The notes beneath the pieces are model-generated. The model did no database searches. It was not told the origin of the DNA and worked only from the letters and a program-made list of their open reading frames with translations. A stretch of 64,000 nucleotides of DNA from an uncultured Clostridia bacterium (GTDB lineage: Bacteria; Bacillota; Clostridia; Oscillospirales; Acutalibacteraceae). Each line of letters begins with the position of its first letter. Position 1 is the stretch's first letter. The DNA is taken from positions 6,810 through 70,809 of the forward strand of contig CANRZD010000001.1 of assembly GCA_947644325.1 (NCBI GenBank), read 5' to 3'. Of this stretch, positions 1 to 8,210 are shown piece by piece. Made by a program: the position numbers and the translations under genes.

Positions 1-1
1 A

Positions 2-262
2 AGCGCCGGGGCCCGCTTCTCCGGCGTCATGACCGTGCTGATGATGGCCGTGGCCCTGTTCATGGGGGTCTATTCCATGGTCGTCTACTGCACCGGCGCC
101 CCGGTAGAGGGCTGGACCACCACCATCCTGTTCCTGTCGGCGGCCTTTTTCGGGCTGTTCGCCATTCTGACCATCGTGATAAAATACCTGCAGCTGCTCA
201 TCGAGCTCATCCACAAGCGCAAGACCTACAGCTTCGAGAGTATAGAGAAGCTGACGAAATAA
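2..262 (+). CDS. GT2 polyprenyl-phosphate glycosyltransferase (GtrB/ArnC-like), C-terminal part; 5' truncated by window edge
   Basis: Two C-terminal TM helices with the 'VEGWTTTILFLS..FG' pattern typical of GtrB-like GT2 enzymes; the frame stays open to the window start. Confidence 0.75.
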   Translation, partial: SAGARFSGVMTVLMMAVALFMGVYSMVVYCTGAPVEGWTTTILFLSAAFFGLFAILTIVIKYLQLLIELIHKRKTYSFESIEKLTK

Positions 263-272
263 GGAGGCCGCC

Positions 273-1205
273 ATGACCGCACTGGTAGGGTACACGGGCT
301 TTGTAGGGAGCAACCTCTACGCGTCCGGGAAAATAGACCGGGCCTATAACTCTAAAAATATCCGGGAGGCCTGCGGCACGAAGCCGGACCTTTTGCTTTA
401 CGCGGGCCTGCCCGCCGCCAAGTTCTTGGCAAACCGCGCCCCGGAAAAGGACCGGGAAGTGGTAGAGGGGGCCATGGGCAATATAGAGGCCATAGCCCCT
501 GAGAAGCTGGTGCTCATTTCCACCATCGACGTGCTGCCCGACCCCGTGGGCGCGGACGAGGACGCCTTCATAGAGCCGGAGCGCCTGCACCCCTACGGCT
601 ACAACCGCTACCAGCTGGAGCTGTGGGCGCGGGAGCGCTTCCCTGACGCTTTGATCGTCCGCCTGCCCGGGCTCTTTGGGAAGAACCTGAAAAAGAACTT
701 CCTCTACGACTTCCTGCACCCAGCCCCCGCCATGCTCACAGAGGGCAAGCTCGCAGAGCTCTCCGCCCGGGATAAGGCCATAGGGGAAGCCTACGGCCCC
801 CCGGAAAACGGCTTCTGCAAACGAAAGGACATGGACCCCCACGCCCTTGCCGCCCTGGGGGCGCGCTTTGAGGCCGCGGGCTTTACGTCCCTGTGCTTTA
901 CGGACAGCCGCAGCGTGTACCAGTTCTACCCCCTGCGCCGGCTGTGGGAGGACATAGAGACCGCCCTTAAAGAGGGCCTGCGCCTGTGGCACCCGGCCAC
1001 CGAGCCCGTGTCGGCGGGGGAGGTGTACCGCTATCTTACGGGGAAGGACTTCGAAAACCACCTGCCCGGCCCTCCCGCCCGCTATGACTACCGCACCCGC
1101 TACGCCCGGCTGTTCGGGGGGCGGGGCGGGTATATATGCGATAAAGCCGCCATTTTGAAGGAGATAGAGGAATATGTCAAAGGAGAAAAAAACCAGCCCG
1201 GCTAA
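273..1205 (+). CDS. NAD-dependent epimerase/dehydratase (extended SDR)
   Basis: N-terminal ALVGYTGFVGSNL Rossmann motif, ISTIDV, YGYNR (YxxxK-like), IVRLPGLFG; RBS aggagg at about 262. Confidence 0.85.
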   Translation: MTALVGYTGFVGSNLYASGKIDRAYNSKNIREACGTKPDLLLYAGLPAAKFLANRAPEKDREVVEGAMGNIEAIAPEKLVLISTIDVLPDPVGADEDAFIEPERLHPYGYNRYQLELWARERFPDALIVRLPGLFGKNLKKNFLYDFLHPAPAMLTEGKLAELSARDKAIGEAYGPPENGFCKRKDMDPHALAALGARFEAAGFTSLCFTDSRSVYQFYPLRRLWEDIETALKEGLRLWHPATEPVSAGEVYRYLTGKDFENHLPGPPARYDYRTRYARLFGGRGGYICDKAAILKEIEEYVKGEKNQPG

Positions 1206-2979
1206 AAAGGCCGGGGTCCTTGCCGCCATGACCCTGCTCATGGCGCTTTTGATGCTGCCCGTGGGACTGGACGTTTTCACCCACGGCTACTTCTGTGACG
1301 AGGCCTCTTACGGCCCCCTGCCCCCCGAGGAGCCAAAGGGTACCGTAGACCTGGAGGACGGCCCCTGCACCCTTACCTTCACCCCGCTGGAAAAGCACCT
1401 GCGGGGCTTCGAATTGGCCCTTACGGGTCAGCCGGAGGGCAACACCGGGCGGCTCATCCTCACCGTGGCGGACGGGCAGGGCAGGCAGGTGGACAGGCTC
1501 ACCGAGGACCTGGGCGGCATAAAGGAAAACCAGTGGTACAAGACCTACATGAACAAAAAGCTGGAGCCGGGGCAGGCCTACACCCTCACCATCTCGGCGG
1601 AGGACTGCGCCGCCTACCCCCGCCTGCAGAAGGTAAAGCCCGGCAACGCCGCCCCCGAGGCCAAGGAGGCCGGTCTGCTTCTGGGCTTCGCCTACGGGAA
1701 AAGCACCTTTTCCGGGGTCATGAAGGCAGGGATTTTCTTCCTGCTGGCCCTCGTCTGGTGTTTCATAGCAGGGGAGATGTTCCTGCCCCTGGAAAAGAAG
1801 AAGCTTCTGCGCCGGGCCCTCGCCTGCCTTCTGCTGTGGCTATTGCTCTTTTCCAACTACATCCTCTACTACATGGATTCCCCCGAGGCCATCTCCGCCC
1901 GGTTTGACGCGGGCAGCGAAAAGCTGGTGACAAACGCCATAGAGACCACCGCCGACCGGGAGGGCTACGGCCTTTCCTTAGAAAAGGACGGTGTCTACAC
2001 CCCCTATAAGAGCCAGTTCGGCCTGCAGGGGCATGTGTTCCGGGCCCTGGGGCGCTTTGGGGGCGTGCGGGCTCTGCGGGCCCTGTGCGGGGCGGCCACG
2101 GCGGCTGTTGTCATGGGGCTGGTGCTCATTCTCAAAATGAAATACAACACCCTGCTGGCAGGCTGCTTTTACGTGACCTTCTGGCTCTCCCCCTGGGTGG
2201 TGAACTTCGCCGCCAACCTCTACTGGATGGAGTGCACCTGGTTTCTGCCCATGCTACTGGGGCTCCTCTGCGCCTGGAGGATAAACAGCAGGCCCTGGCG
2301 GATTTTCTGCTATGGCGGGGCCTTCCTCTCGATCTTCATAAAATGCCTGTGCGGGTACGAGTACGTTTCCACTATCATGGTAGGGCTCGTGGCCTTCCCC
2401 CTGGCGGACCTTGCCTGCGCCCTGGGGGAAAGGGACAAAAAGCGGGCAAGGCAGCTTTTCCTTTCCACTTTCTTTTTGGGGGCGTGCGCCCTTCTGGGCT
2501 TTGCGGCGGCGCTGCTGGCCCACGCCCAGTTAAAGGGGGAGGGCGACCTTATAAACGGCCTGCGCCTCATTGTGCAGCAGGACGTGCTGCGCCGCACGGC
2601 CGGGGGCGACATGAACCTGTTCGAGGAGGTCTACTGGCCCTCCTTCAACGCCTCGGTGCCGGAGACCCTGCGGCTGTACCTGCAGTTTGACACAGAAATT
2701 CTCACAGGCCTCCCCGGGAACCTGTTCCCCCTCCTGTGCCTGCTGCCCCTGGGGGTCTTCGCCGCAGACTGGCACAAGGGCCGGCTCTCCCTGCGGGACC
2801 TCACCCTTTACGCGGCTTTTGGGCTGGGGGCGGTATCCTGGTTCGTGCTGGCAAAGTCCCATTCGTTTATCCACACCAATCTGAATTTTGTGCTGTGGTA
2901 TTTCGGCTTTATCCAGATGTGCCTCTATGTGCCCCTGGAGAAGCTGCTGCGGCAGAAGGGAAAGGGGAAACGCCTATGA
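1174..2979 (+). CDS. Polytopic membrane protein, putative GT-C-fold glycosyltransferase with an N-terminal extracellular domain
   Basis: N-terminal TM, about 150 aa soluble domain, then about 10 hydrophobic segments with loops YKSQFGLQG, NFAANLYW, GYEY, KSHSFIH; lies in a GT2/epimerase operon. Confidence 0.55.
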   Translation: MSKEKKTSPAKKAGVLAAMTLLMALLMLPVGLDVFTHGYFCDEASYGPLPPEEPKGTVDLEDGPCTLTFTPLEKHLRGFELALTGQPEGNTGRLILTVADGQGRQVDRLTEDLGGIKENQWYKTYMNKKLEPGQAYTLTISAEDCAAYPRLQKVKPGNAAPEAKEAGLLLGFAYGKSTFSGVMKAGIFFLLALVWCFIAGEMFLPLEKKKLLRRALACLLLWLLLFSNYILYYMDSPEAISARFDAGSEKLVTNAIETTADREGYGLSLEKDGVYTPYKSQFGLQGHVFRALGRFGGVRALRALCGAATAAVVMGLVLILKMKYNTLLAGCFYVTFWLSPWVVNFAANLYWMECTWFLPMLLGLLCAWRINSRPWRIFCYGGAFLSIFIKCLCGYEYVSTIMVGLVAFPLADLACALGERDKKRARQLFLSTFFLGACALLGFAAALLAHAQLKGEGDLINGLRLIVQQDVLRRTAGGDMNLFEEVYWPSFNASVPETLRLYLQFDTEILTGLPGNLFPLLCLLPLGVFAADWHKGRLSLRDLTLYAAFGLGAVSWFVLAKSHSFIHTNLNFVLWYFGFIQMCLYVPLEKLLRQKGKGKRL

Positions 2980-3773
2980 AGCTGGCCATTTCCAACATTG
3001 CCTGGGAAAAAGAGGATTGCGGGCGGGCCTACGGGCTCATGGCCCGCTACGGGTTTTCGGGGCTGGAGATCGCCCCCACCAGCCTTTTCCCCCACGAGCC
3101 CTACGCCCATATAACAGAAGCCCAATCCTGGCGGGAAAGCTTACAAAAAGAGCACGGCTTCACGGTGCCCTCCATGCAGTCCATCTGGTATGGGCGGCAG
3201 GAAAAGCTTTTCGGAAGCGTGGGGGAGAGGCAGGCGCTTTTTGATTACACAAAGGCCGCTGTGGATTTCGCCGCCGCCATAGGCTGCAAAAACCTGGTCT
3301 TCGGCTGCCCCCGAAACCGCAGCCTGCCCCAGGGCGCCGACGCCCGCCTTGCTCTGCCCTTTTTCAAGGAGCTGGGGGACTACGCCTTTTCAAAGGGCGC
3401 AGTCATAGGCCTGGAGGCAAACCCGCCCATCTATAACACCAACTATGTGAACACCACCGAAGAAGCCCTGGCCCTTATCGGGAAGATAAATTCCCCGGGC
3501 TTCCGCCTGAACCTGGATGTGGGGACCATGGTGGAAAACGGCGAGGACCCGGCCCTTCTGCGGGGACAAACGGGGCTTATCAGCCACGTGCACATCAGCG
3601 AGCCGGGCCTTGCGCCCCTTGTGCCCCGGCCCCTCCACCGGGCCCTGAGAGAGCTCTTGGAAAGGGAGGGCTACACCGGCTGGGTTTCTGTGGAGATGAA
3701 CAAATCCGGGGGCCTGCCCGCCGCGGAGGCGGCCATGGCCTATGTGCAGGAGCTGTGGGGAGGGGTAGCGTGA
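2976..3773 (+). CDS. Sugar phosphate isomerase/epimerase (xylose-isomerase-like TIM barrel)
   Basis: MKLAISNIAW start (ATGA overlap), GLEIAP, metal ligands IGLEANP, NLDVGT, HVHISEP, WVSVEM. Confidence 0.85.
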   Translation: MKLAISNIAWEKEDCGRAYGLMARYGFSGLEIAPTSLFPHEPYAHITEAQSWRESLQKEHGFTVPSMQSIWYGRQEKLFGSVGERQALFDYTKAAVDFAAAIGCKNLVFGCPRNRSLPQGADARLALPFFKELGDYAFSKGAVIGLEANPPIYNTNYVNTTEEALALIGKINSPGFRLNLDVGTMVENGEDPALLRGQTGLISHVHISEPGLAPLVPRPLHRALRELLEREGYTGWVSVEMNKSGGLPAAEAAMAYVQELWGGVA

Positions 3774-4561
3774 CATACGAAAAAAAGCCGGGCGTGCCCC
3801 GGTTCCGGTGCGAGGAATACGCGGGAAAGCGCAAAGACTATGTAGTGCTCATCCCCATCATCAACGAGGGGGAGCGCATTATACGGGAGCTGAAGCGCGC
3901 CCAGGCCGCCGGGGTGCCGGAGGCGGCCGACATCGTCCTGTGCGACGGGGGCTCCACCGACGGCAGCACGGCAGAGAAGCTGCTGCGGCCCCTGGGCGTC
4001 AACACCCTCTTAACGAAGGAGGACGCGGGCAGGCAGGGGGCCCAGTTGCGCATGGGTATTTTCTGGGCCCTGCAGCGGGGCTATGAGGGCGTTATCACCA
4101 TAGACGGCAACGACAAGGACAGCATCGAGGACGTGCCCCGGTTCATCGAAAAGCTTAAGGAGGGCTATGACCTGGTGCAGGGCTCCCGGTTCATACAGGG
4201 CGGCAAGGCGGTGAACACCCCCCTTGTGCGCCTGCTTTCCGTAAAGCTCATCCACGCCCCGGTCATTTCCCTTACGGCCCACAAGCGCTTTACCGACACC
4301 ACCAACGCCTACAGGGCCTACTCCGCCCGCTACCTGCGGCACCCCCAGGTGCAGCCTTTGCGGGATGTGTTCATGACCTATGAGCTCTTGGCCTACCTCT
4401 CCGTGCGGGCTACCCAGCTGGGCCTTAAGGCCTGCGAGATTCCCGTCACCCGGGCCTACCCCAAAGCCGGGAAGACCCCCACGAAGATCAGCTTTTTTAA
4501 GGGCAACAGCGAGCTCATGAAAATTCTCCTGAAAAACGCCTTCGGGGCCTACAAGCCCTAA
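3770..4561 (+). CDS. GT2 glycosyltransferase (dolichol-phosphate mannosyltransferase-like)
   Basis: VLIPIINE, DGGSTDGS, TIDGNDKD (DxD), DLVQGSRF, TDTTNAYRAYS; GTGA overlap with the upstream stop. Confidence 0.85.
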   Translation: MTYEKKPGVPRFRCEEYAGKRKDYVVLIPIINEGERIIRELKRAQAAGVPEAADIVLCDGGSTDGSTAEKLLRPLGVNTLLTKEDAGRQGAQLRMGIFWALQRGYEGVITIDGNDKDSIEDVPRFIEKLKEGYDLVQGSRFIQGGKAVNTPLVRLLSVKLIHAPVISLTAHKRFTDTTNAYRAYSARYLRHPQVQPLRDVFMTYELLAYLSVRATQLGLKACEIPVTRAYPKAGKTPTKISFFKGNSELMKILLKNAFGAYKP

Positions 4562-4576
4562 GGGGAGAAAAAATAG

Positions 4577-4617
4577 AAGAAGCCGCCCTGGGCCTTTTGG
4601 CCTTATGGCGGCTTCTT
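4577..4617. terminator. Bidirectional intrinsic terminator
   Basis: aagaagccgcc...ggcggcttctt inverted repeat between convergent genes. Confidence 0.75.
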
Positions 4618-4621
4618 TCTC

Positions 4622-4939
4622 TTAGTGGAAAGTCTGGGGGCCCTGGGGCATGCTGGGCAGGTCGCCCAGGTTGTTGCTTATGTCGCCGTCTGGCAGAGAC
4701 CGCAGATACTCGCTGCCGCTGCGGCTGGCAATGGCCACGCCCCGTATGCCCCCCTGCTTTGCCAGGGCCACGCCCTCCCTTTTGGAGAGCACCCGGCCGT
4801 CGGAAAGCTCGTAGCCGGAGACCTTCCCGTCCTTGCGCACCAGCTTCACAATGGACTGGGCGTCTTTATTGGGCACGGGGTTCATGATGTTGATGTTGAC
4901 GGGCAGGCCGCCGATGCGGCCTTTTTTTTCCTGCTTCAT
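4622..4939 (-). CDS. DUF3892-family small protein
   Basis: IVKLVRKDGKVSGYELSDG...YLRSLPDGDISNNLGDLP matches the DUF3892 pattern. Confidence 0.7.
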   Translation of the reverse strand: MKQEKKGRIGGLPVNINIMNPVPNKDAQSIVKLVRKDGKVSGYELSDGRVLSKREGVALAKQGGIRGVAIASRSGSEYLRSLPDGDISNNLGDLPSMPQGPQTFH

Positions 4940-5018
4940 GGCATTTTCGCATCCTTTCCGGTGAGATGGTGTCTATGCCTTATTCTGCCGCCCGCCCCGG
5001 GAAAATATGCGCCCGGGC

Positions 5019-5381
5019 CTATTCCCCCAGTATCTCCTTCTGCTTTTTCTTCGAAAGCCCCCCGAGCACCAGCCGGTAGGATTTTTCCATCATCTCCCGC
5101 AAAAGCCCTTCCGGCACCGCGCCCCCCAGCTTTACCGAGTTCCAGTGCTCCTTATTCATGTAGTAGCCGGGGATGATGTCCTCATACTGCTCCCGCAGAA
5201 AGCGCCCCTCCGCGGGCTCCAGCTTCAGGGTGAGAAGGGAATCCTCCCCGTCCTCCCCCTTGCAGATGGCGGCAAAGAGCTTGCCCCCCACCTGAAAGCG
5301 CGTCCACTGCCATTCCTCCTTGAAGTCCTTTACGGCCCCCGGCTTCTTTTCAAGTTCCTCATAAATCCATAAAATATCCAT
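5019..5381 (-). CDS. MmcQ/YjbR family DNA-binding protein
   Basis: F-x-VGGKLFA, TLKLEP, IIPGYYMNKEHWNSV; start moved to the ATG after aggagg. Confidence 0.85.
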   Translation of the reverse strand: MDILWIYEELEKKPGAVKDFKEEWQWTRFQVGGKLFAAICKGEDGEDSLLTLKLEPAEGRFLREQYEDIIPGYYMNKEHWNSVKLGGAVPEGLLREMMEKSYRLVLGGLSKKKQKEILGE

Positions 5382-5469
5382 GTTTTTTCCTCCTTTTGTC
5401 ATGTGTCTCCCAATACAATCAGTATAACATAAAAAGGGGGCAAAGCACAAGTTATGTGGAAAATCCCGA

Positions 5470-5498
5470 TTGCTTTTTTTAGCAAAATACGCTACAAT
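5470..5498 (+). promoter_or_regulatory. Sigma-A promoter of the transketolase operon
   Basis: TTGCTT-N17-TACAAT. Confidence 0.6.
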
Positions 5499-5560
5499 TT
5501 TACCGGGAGGAACGATTCCCCCTTCACCCTTAACCATTCATACAGCGAAAGGACGGTTTT

Positions 5561-6409
5561 ATGGCCATGAATGTCCAGGAACGCAAAGAGCTGCAGATCA
5601 CCGCGGAAAAGGTGCGCATGCATATTATCGAGGGCGTCTACCACGCCAAGTCCGGCCACCCGGGCGGCTCCCTTTCCTCAGCGGAAATTTTTACCTACCT
5701 CTACTTTAAGGAAATGAATATCGACCCCACAGACCCCAAAAACCCCGGCCGGGACCGCTTCGTGCTCTCAAAGGGCCACTGTGCCCCGGGCTGGTACGGG
5801 GCCCTGGCCCAGCGGGGGTACTTTGCCCCCAGCGAAATGAAGACCCTGCGCCACATCGGCGCCATGCTGCAGGGCCACCCGGACATGAAGGGCACCCCCG
5901 GCGTGGACATGAGCACGGGCTCCTTGGGGCAGGGGGTCTCGGCGGCGGTGGGCATGGCCCTGGCCGGCAAAATGGACCGGGCCCCCTACCGGGTGTACAC
6001 CCTGCTGGGGGACGGCGAGATCGAGGAGGGCCAGGTGTGGGAGGCCGCTATGGCGGCGGGCCACCACGGCCTTGACAACCTCTGCGTGATCGTGGACTTC
6101 AACGGCCTGCAGATCGACGGCCCTGTGCAGGAGGTGGCCGGGCCCGAGCCCATCGATAAGAAGTTCGAGGCCTTTGGCTTTGAAGTTATGACCATAGACG
6201 GCCACGACTTCGACGAGATAGAGAAGGCCATGGAGGCCGCCAAGGCCGCAAAGGGCAGGCCCTTTGCCATAGTGGCCAAGACCATAAAGGGCAAGGGCGT
6301 GTCCTTCATGGAGAACCAGGCGGGCTGGCACGGCAAGGCCCCTAATAAAGACGAATACGAAAAAGCCATGCAGGAGCTGCGGGACAGGCTGGAGGTGCTG
6401 CAGGCATGA
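5561..6409 (+). CDS. tkt: Transketolase, N-terminal (TPP-binding) subunit
   Basis: SGHPGGSLS, DRFVLSKGH, STGSLGQG, GDGEIEEGQVWEA TPP motif. Confidence 0.95.
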   Translation: MAMNVQERKELQITAEKVRMHIIEGVYHAKSGHPGGSLSSAEIFTYLYFKEMNIDPTDPKNPGRDRFVLSKGHCAPGWYGALAQRGYFAPSEMKTLRHIGAMLQGHPDMKGTPGVDMSTGSLGQGVSAAVGMALAGKMDRAPYRVYTLLGDGEIEEGQVWEAAMAAGHHGLDNLCVIVDFNGLQIDGPVQEVAGPEPIDKKFEAFGFEVMTIDGHDFDEIEKAMEAAKAAKGRPFAIVAKTIKGKGVSFMENQAGWHGKAPNKDEYEKAMQELRDRLEVLQA

Positions 6410-6786
6410 GGCTGCGGTGCATAAATATCGTTTCCCAAGAGCCCCGGCGGCTGGTGGAGTTTTACGAGAAGGTCTTCGACACGCAGGCCCAGGAGATCGT
6501 GCCGGGCCGGTGGGAGCTGCCCGCCGGGGGCGCCACCCTGGTCTTCACCCACACCGACGAGCCGGTGCGGGCGCCTAAGGACAGCTGCGGGCTGGAGTTT
6601 GAAACGGAGGACGTGGACAGGGAATACAGCCGCCTGCAGAAGGCCGGCGTCCCCCTGGGCGCTCCGCCGGTCACCTACCCCTGGCAGTGGCGGGCCTTCG
6701 GCGTGAAGGACCCGGACGGAAACAACGTGGATTTCGTACAATATGTGGGCGACAACAGAAAGGATGGCTGTGGAAATGGCGGATAA
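6406..6786 (+). CDS. VOC/glyoxalase-bleomycin resistance family protein
   Basis: LVEFYEKVF, LEFETEDVDREYSRL, YPWQWRAFGVKDPDGNNVDF; ATGA overlap with the tkt-N stop. Confidence 0.85.
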   Translation: MRLRCINIVSQEPRRLVEFYEKVFDTQAQEIVPGRWELPAGGATLVFTHTDEPVRAPKDSCGLEFETEDVDREYSRLQKAGVPLGAPPVTYPWQWRAFGVKDPDGNNVDFVQYVGDNRKDGCGNGG

Positions 6787-7720
6787 GATCAAGAAGGCGA
6801 CGAGAGAAAGCTTCGGCGAGGCCGTGACGGCCCTGGCGGAGCAGGACCCCAATATCGTGGTGCTGGACGCGGACCTGGCCGAGGCCACCAAGACCAGCAT
6901 CTTTAAGAAGAAGTTCCCCGAGCGCTTTATCGACTGCGGCATCGCGGAGGCCAATATGATTGGTATCGCGGCGGGGCTTGCCACCTGCGGCAAGATCCCC
7001 TTCGCCGCGTCCTTTGCCATGTTCTCGGCGGGCCGGGCCTTCGAGCAGGTGCGAAACTCCGTGGGCTACCCCCACCTGAACGTGAAGATCGCGGGTTCCC
7101 ACGCGGGCATCTCCGTGGGGGAGGACGGCGCCACCCATCAGTGCTGCGAGGACATCGCCCTTATGCGCACCATCCCGGGCATGACGGTCTTAAACCCCTG
7201 CGACCACTATGAGATGCTGGAGGCCGTGAAGGCTGCTGCGGCCCTCAAGGGCCCGGTGTACCTGCGCCTGGGCCGCCTGGCCGTGGAGACCTGCACGGAA
7301 AACGCCCCCGAGCCCTTTGTGCTGGGCAAGGGCCGCACCCTGCGGGACGGCAAGGACATCACCATCGCCGCCACGGGCCTTCTGGTGCAGGAGGCCGTGA
7401 AGGCCGCCCAGGCCCTGGAAAGCGCCGGCATCGACGCCCGGGTGCTGGACATCCACACCATCAAGCCCCTGGATACGGAGCTCATCGTGAAGGCGGCCAA
7501 GGAGACCGGGCACATCGTCACCGTGGAGGAGCACAATATCATAGGCGGCCTGGGCGAGGCCGTGTGCGCCTGCCTGTGCGAGGCCCTGCCCACCCCGGTC
7601 ACCCGCATCGGCGTGAAGGACGTGTTTGGCCATTCCGGCCCGGCGGTGGAGCTCTTAAAGGAGTTCGGCCTGTGCGCCGAGAACATCGAGGCCACCGTAA
7701 AGCGCGTGCTGGGGAGGTAA
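6776..7720 (+). CDS. tkt: Transketolase, C-terminal subunit
   Basis: ATRESFGEA, DADLAEATKT, CGIAEANM, GEDGATHQ, TVEEHNIIGGLG. Confidence 0.95.
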   Translation: MADKIKKATRESFGEAVTALAEQDPNIVVLDADLAEATKTSIFKKKFPERFIDCGIAEANMIGIAAGLATCGKIPFAASFAMFSAGRAFEQVRNSVGYPHLNVKIAGSHAGISVGEDGATHQCCEDIALMRTIPGMTVLNPCDHYEMLEAVKAAAALKGPVYLRLGRLAVETCTENAPEPFVLGKGRTLRDGKDITIAATGLLVQEAVKAAQALESAGIDARVLDIHTIKPLDTELIVKAAKETGHIVTVEEHNIIGGLGEAVCACLCEALPTPVTRIGVKDVFGHSGPAVELLKEFGLCAENIEATVKRVLGR

Positions 7721-7723
7721 GGC

Positions 7724-8161
7724 GTGGGGGAGATTCTGATACGCGAGGCGCGCCCGGAAGACGCCGGGAGCCTTGCGGAGCTCAACAGAGACGAAATGGG
7801 CTACGACTACCCGCCGGACAAGACCCGGGAAAAACTCTGCGCCCTGCTGGAAAGCGGGAAGGATAAAATCCTGGTGGCGGAGCTTGCGGGCCAAGTGGTG
7901 GGCTACGTGCACCTAAACGACTACGACCTGCTCTACGCCGACCACATGAAGAACATCATGGGCATCGCCGTCAGCAGCCGCTGCCGCAGGATGGGCATCG
8001 GGAGGAAGCTCTTGACAGCGGCGGAGGGCTGGGCCAAAGAGAGCGGCGCGGATGCCGTGCGGCTGGTCTCCGGGGAAACCAGGACCGGGGCCCACGCGTT
8101 TTACCGCTCCCTGGGGTACGAGGGGAACAAAAAGCAGCTGAACCTAAAAAAGAAGCTATAA
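7724..8161 (+). CDS. GNAT family N-acetyltransferase
   Basis: IREARPEDA start, AVSSRCRRMGIGRKLL motif A, AHAFYRSLGY. Confidence 0.85.
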   Translation: MGEILIREARPEDAGSLAELNRDEMGYDYPPDKTREKLCALLESGKDKILVAELAGQVVGYVHLNDYDLLYADHMKNIMGIAVSSRCRRMGIGRKLLTAAEGWAKESGADAVRLVSGETRTGAHAFYRSLGYEGNKKQLNLKKKL

Positions 8162-8164
8162 AGC

Positions 8165-8200
8165 AAGGGAGCCGGTGCATGTCCGCACCGGCTCCCTTTT
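8165..8200. terminator. Bidirectional intrinsic terminator
   Basis: 14-bp perfect stem aagggagccggtgc/gcaccggctccctt between convergent genes. Confidence 0.85.
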
Positions 8201-8210
8201 ATGCTGCCGC

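Noticed and set aside
5382-5537. Long N-terminal extensions in the ORF track (also 25569-27251, 26965, 28605, 31065, 52305-53570, 54935-55708, 56259, 58458, 61601)
   Set aside because: The extensions run through promoters or neighbouring genes; downstream starts with good RBSs fit the families better.
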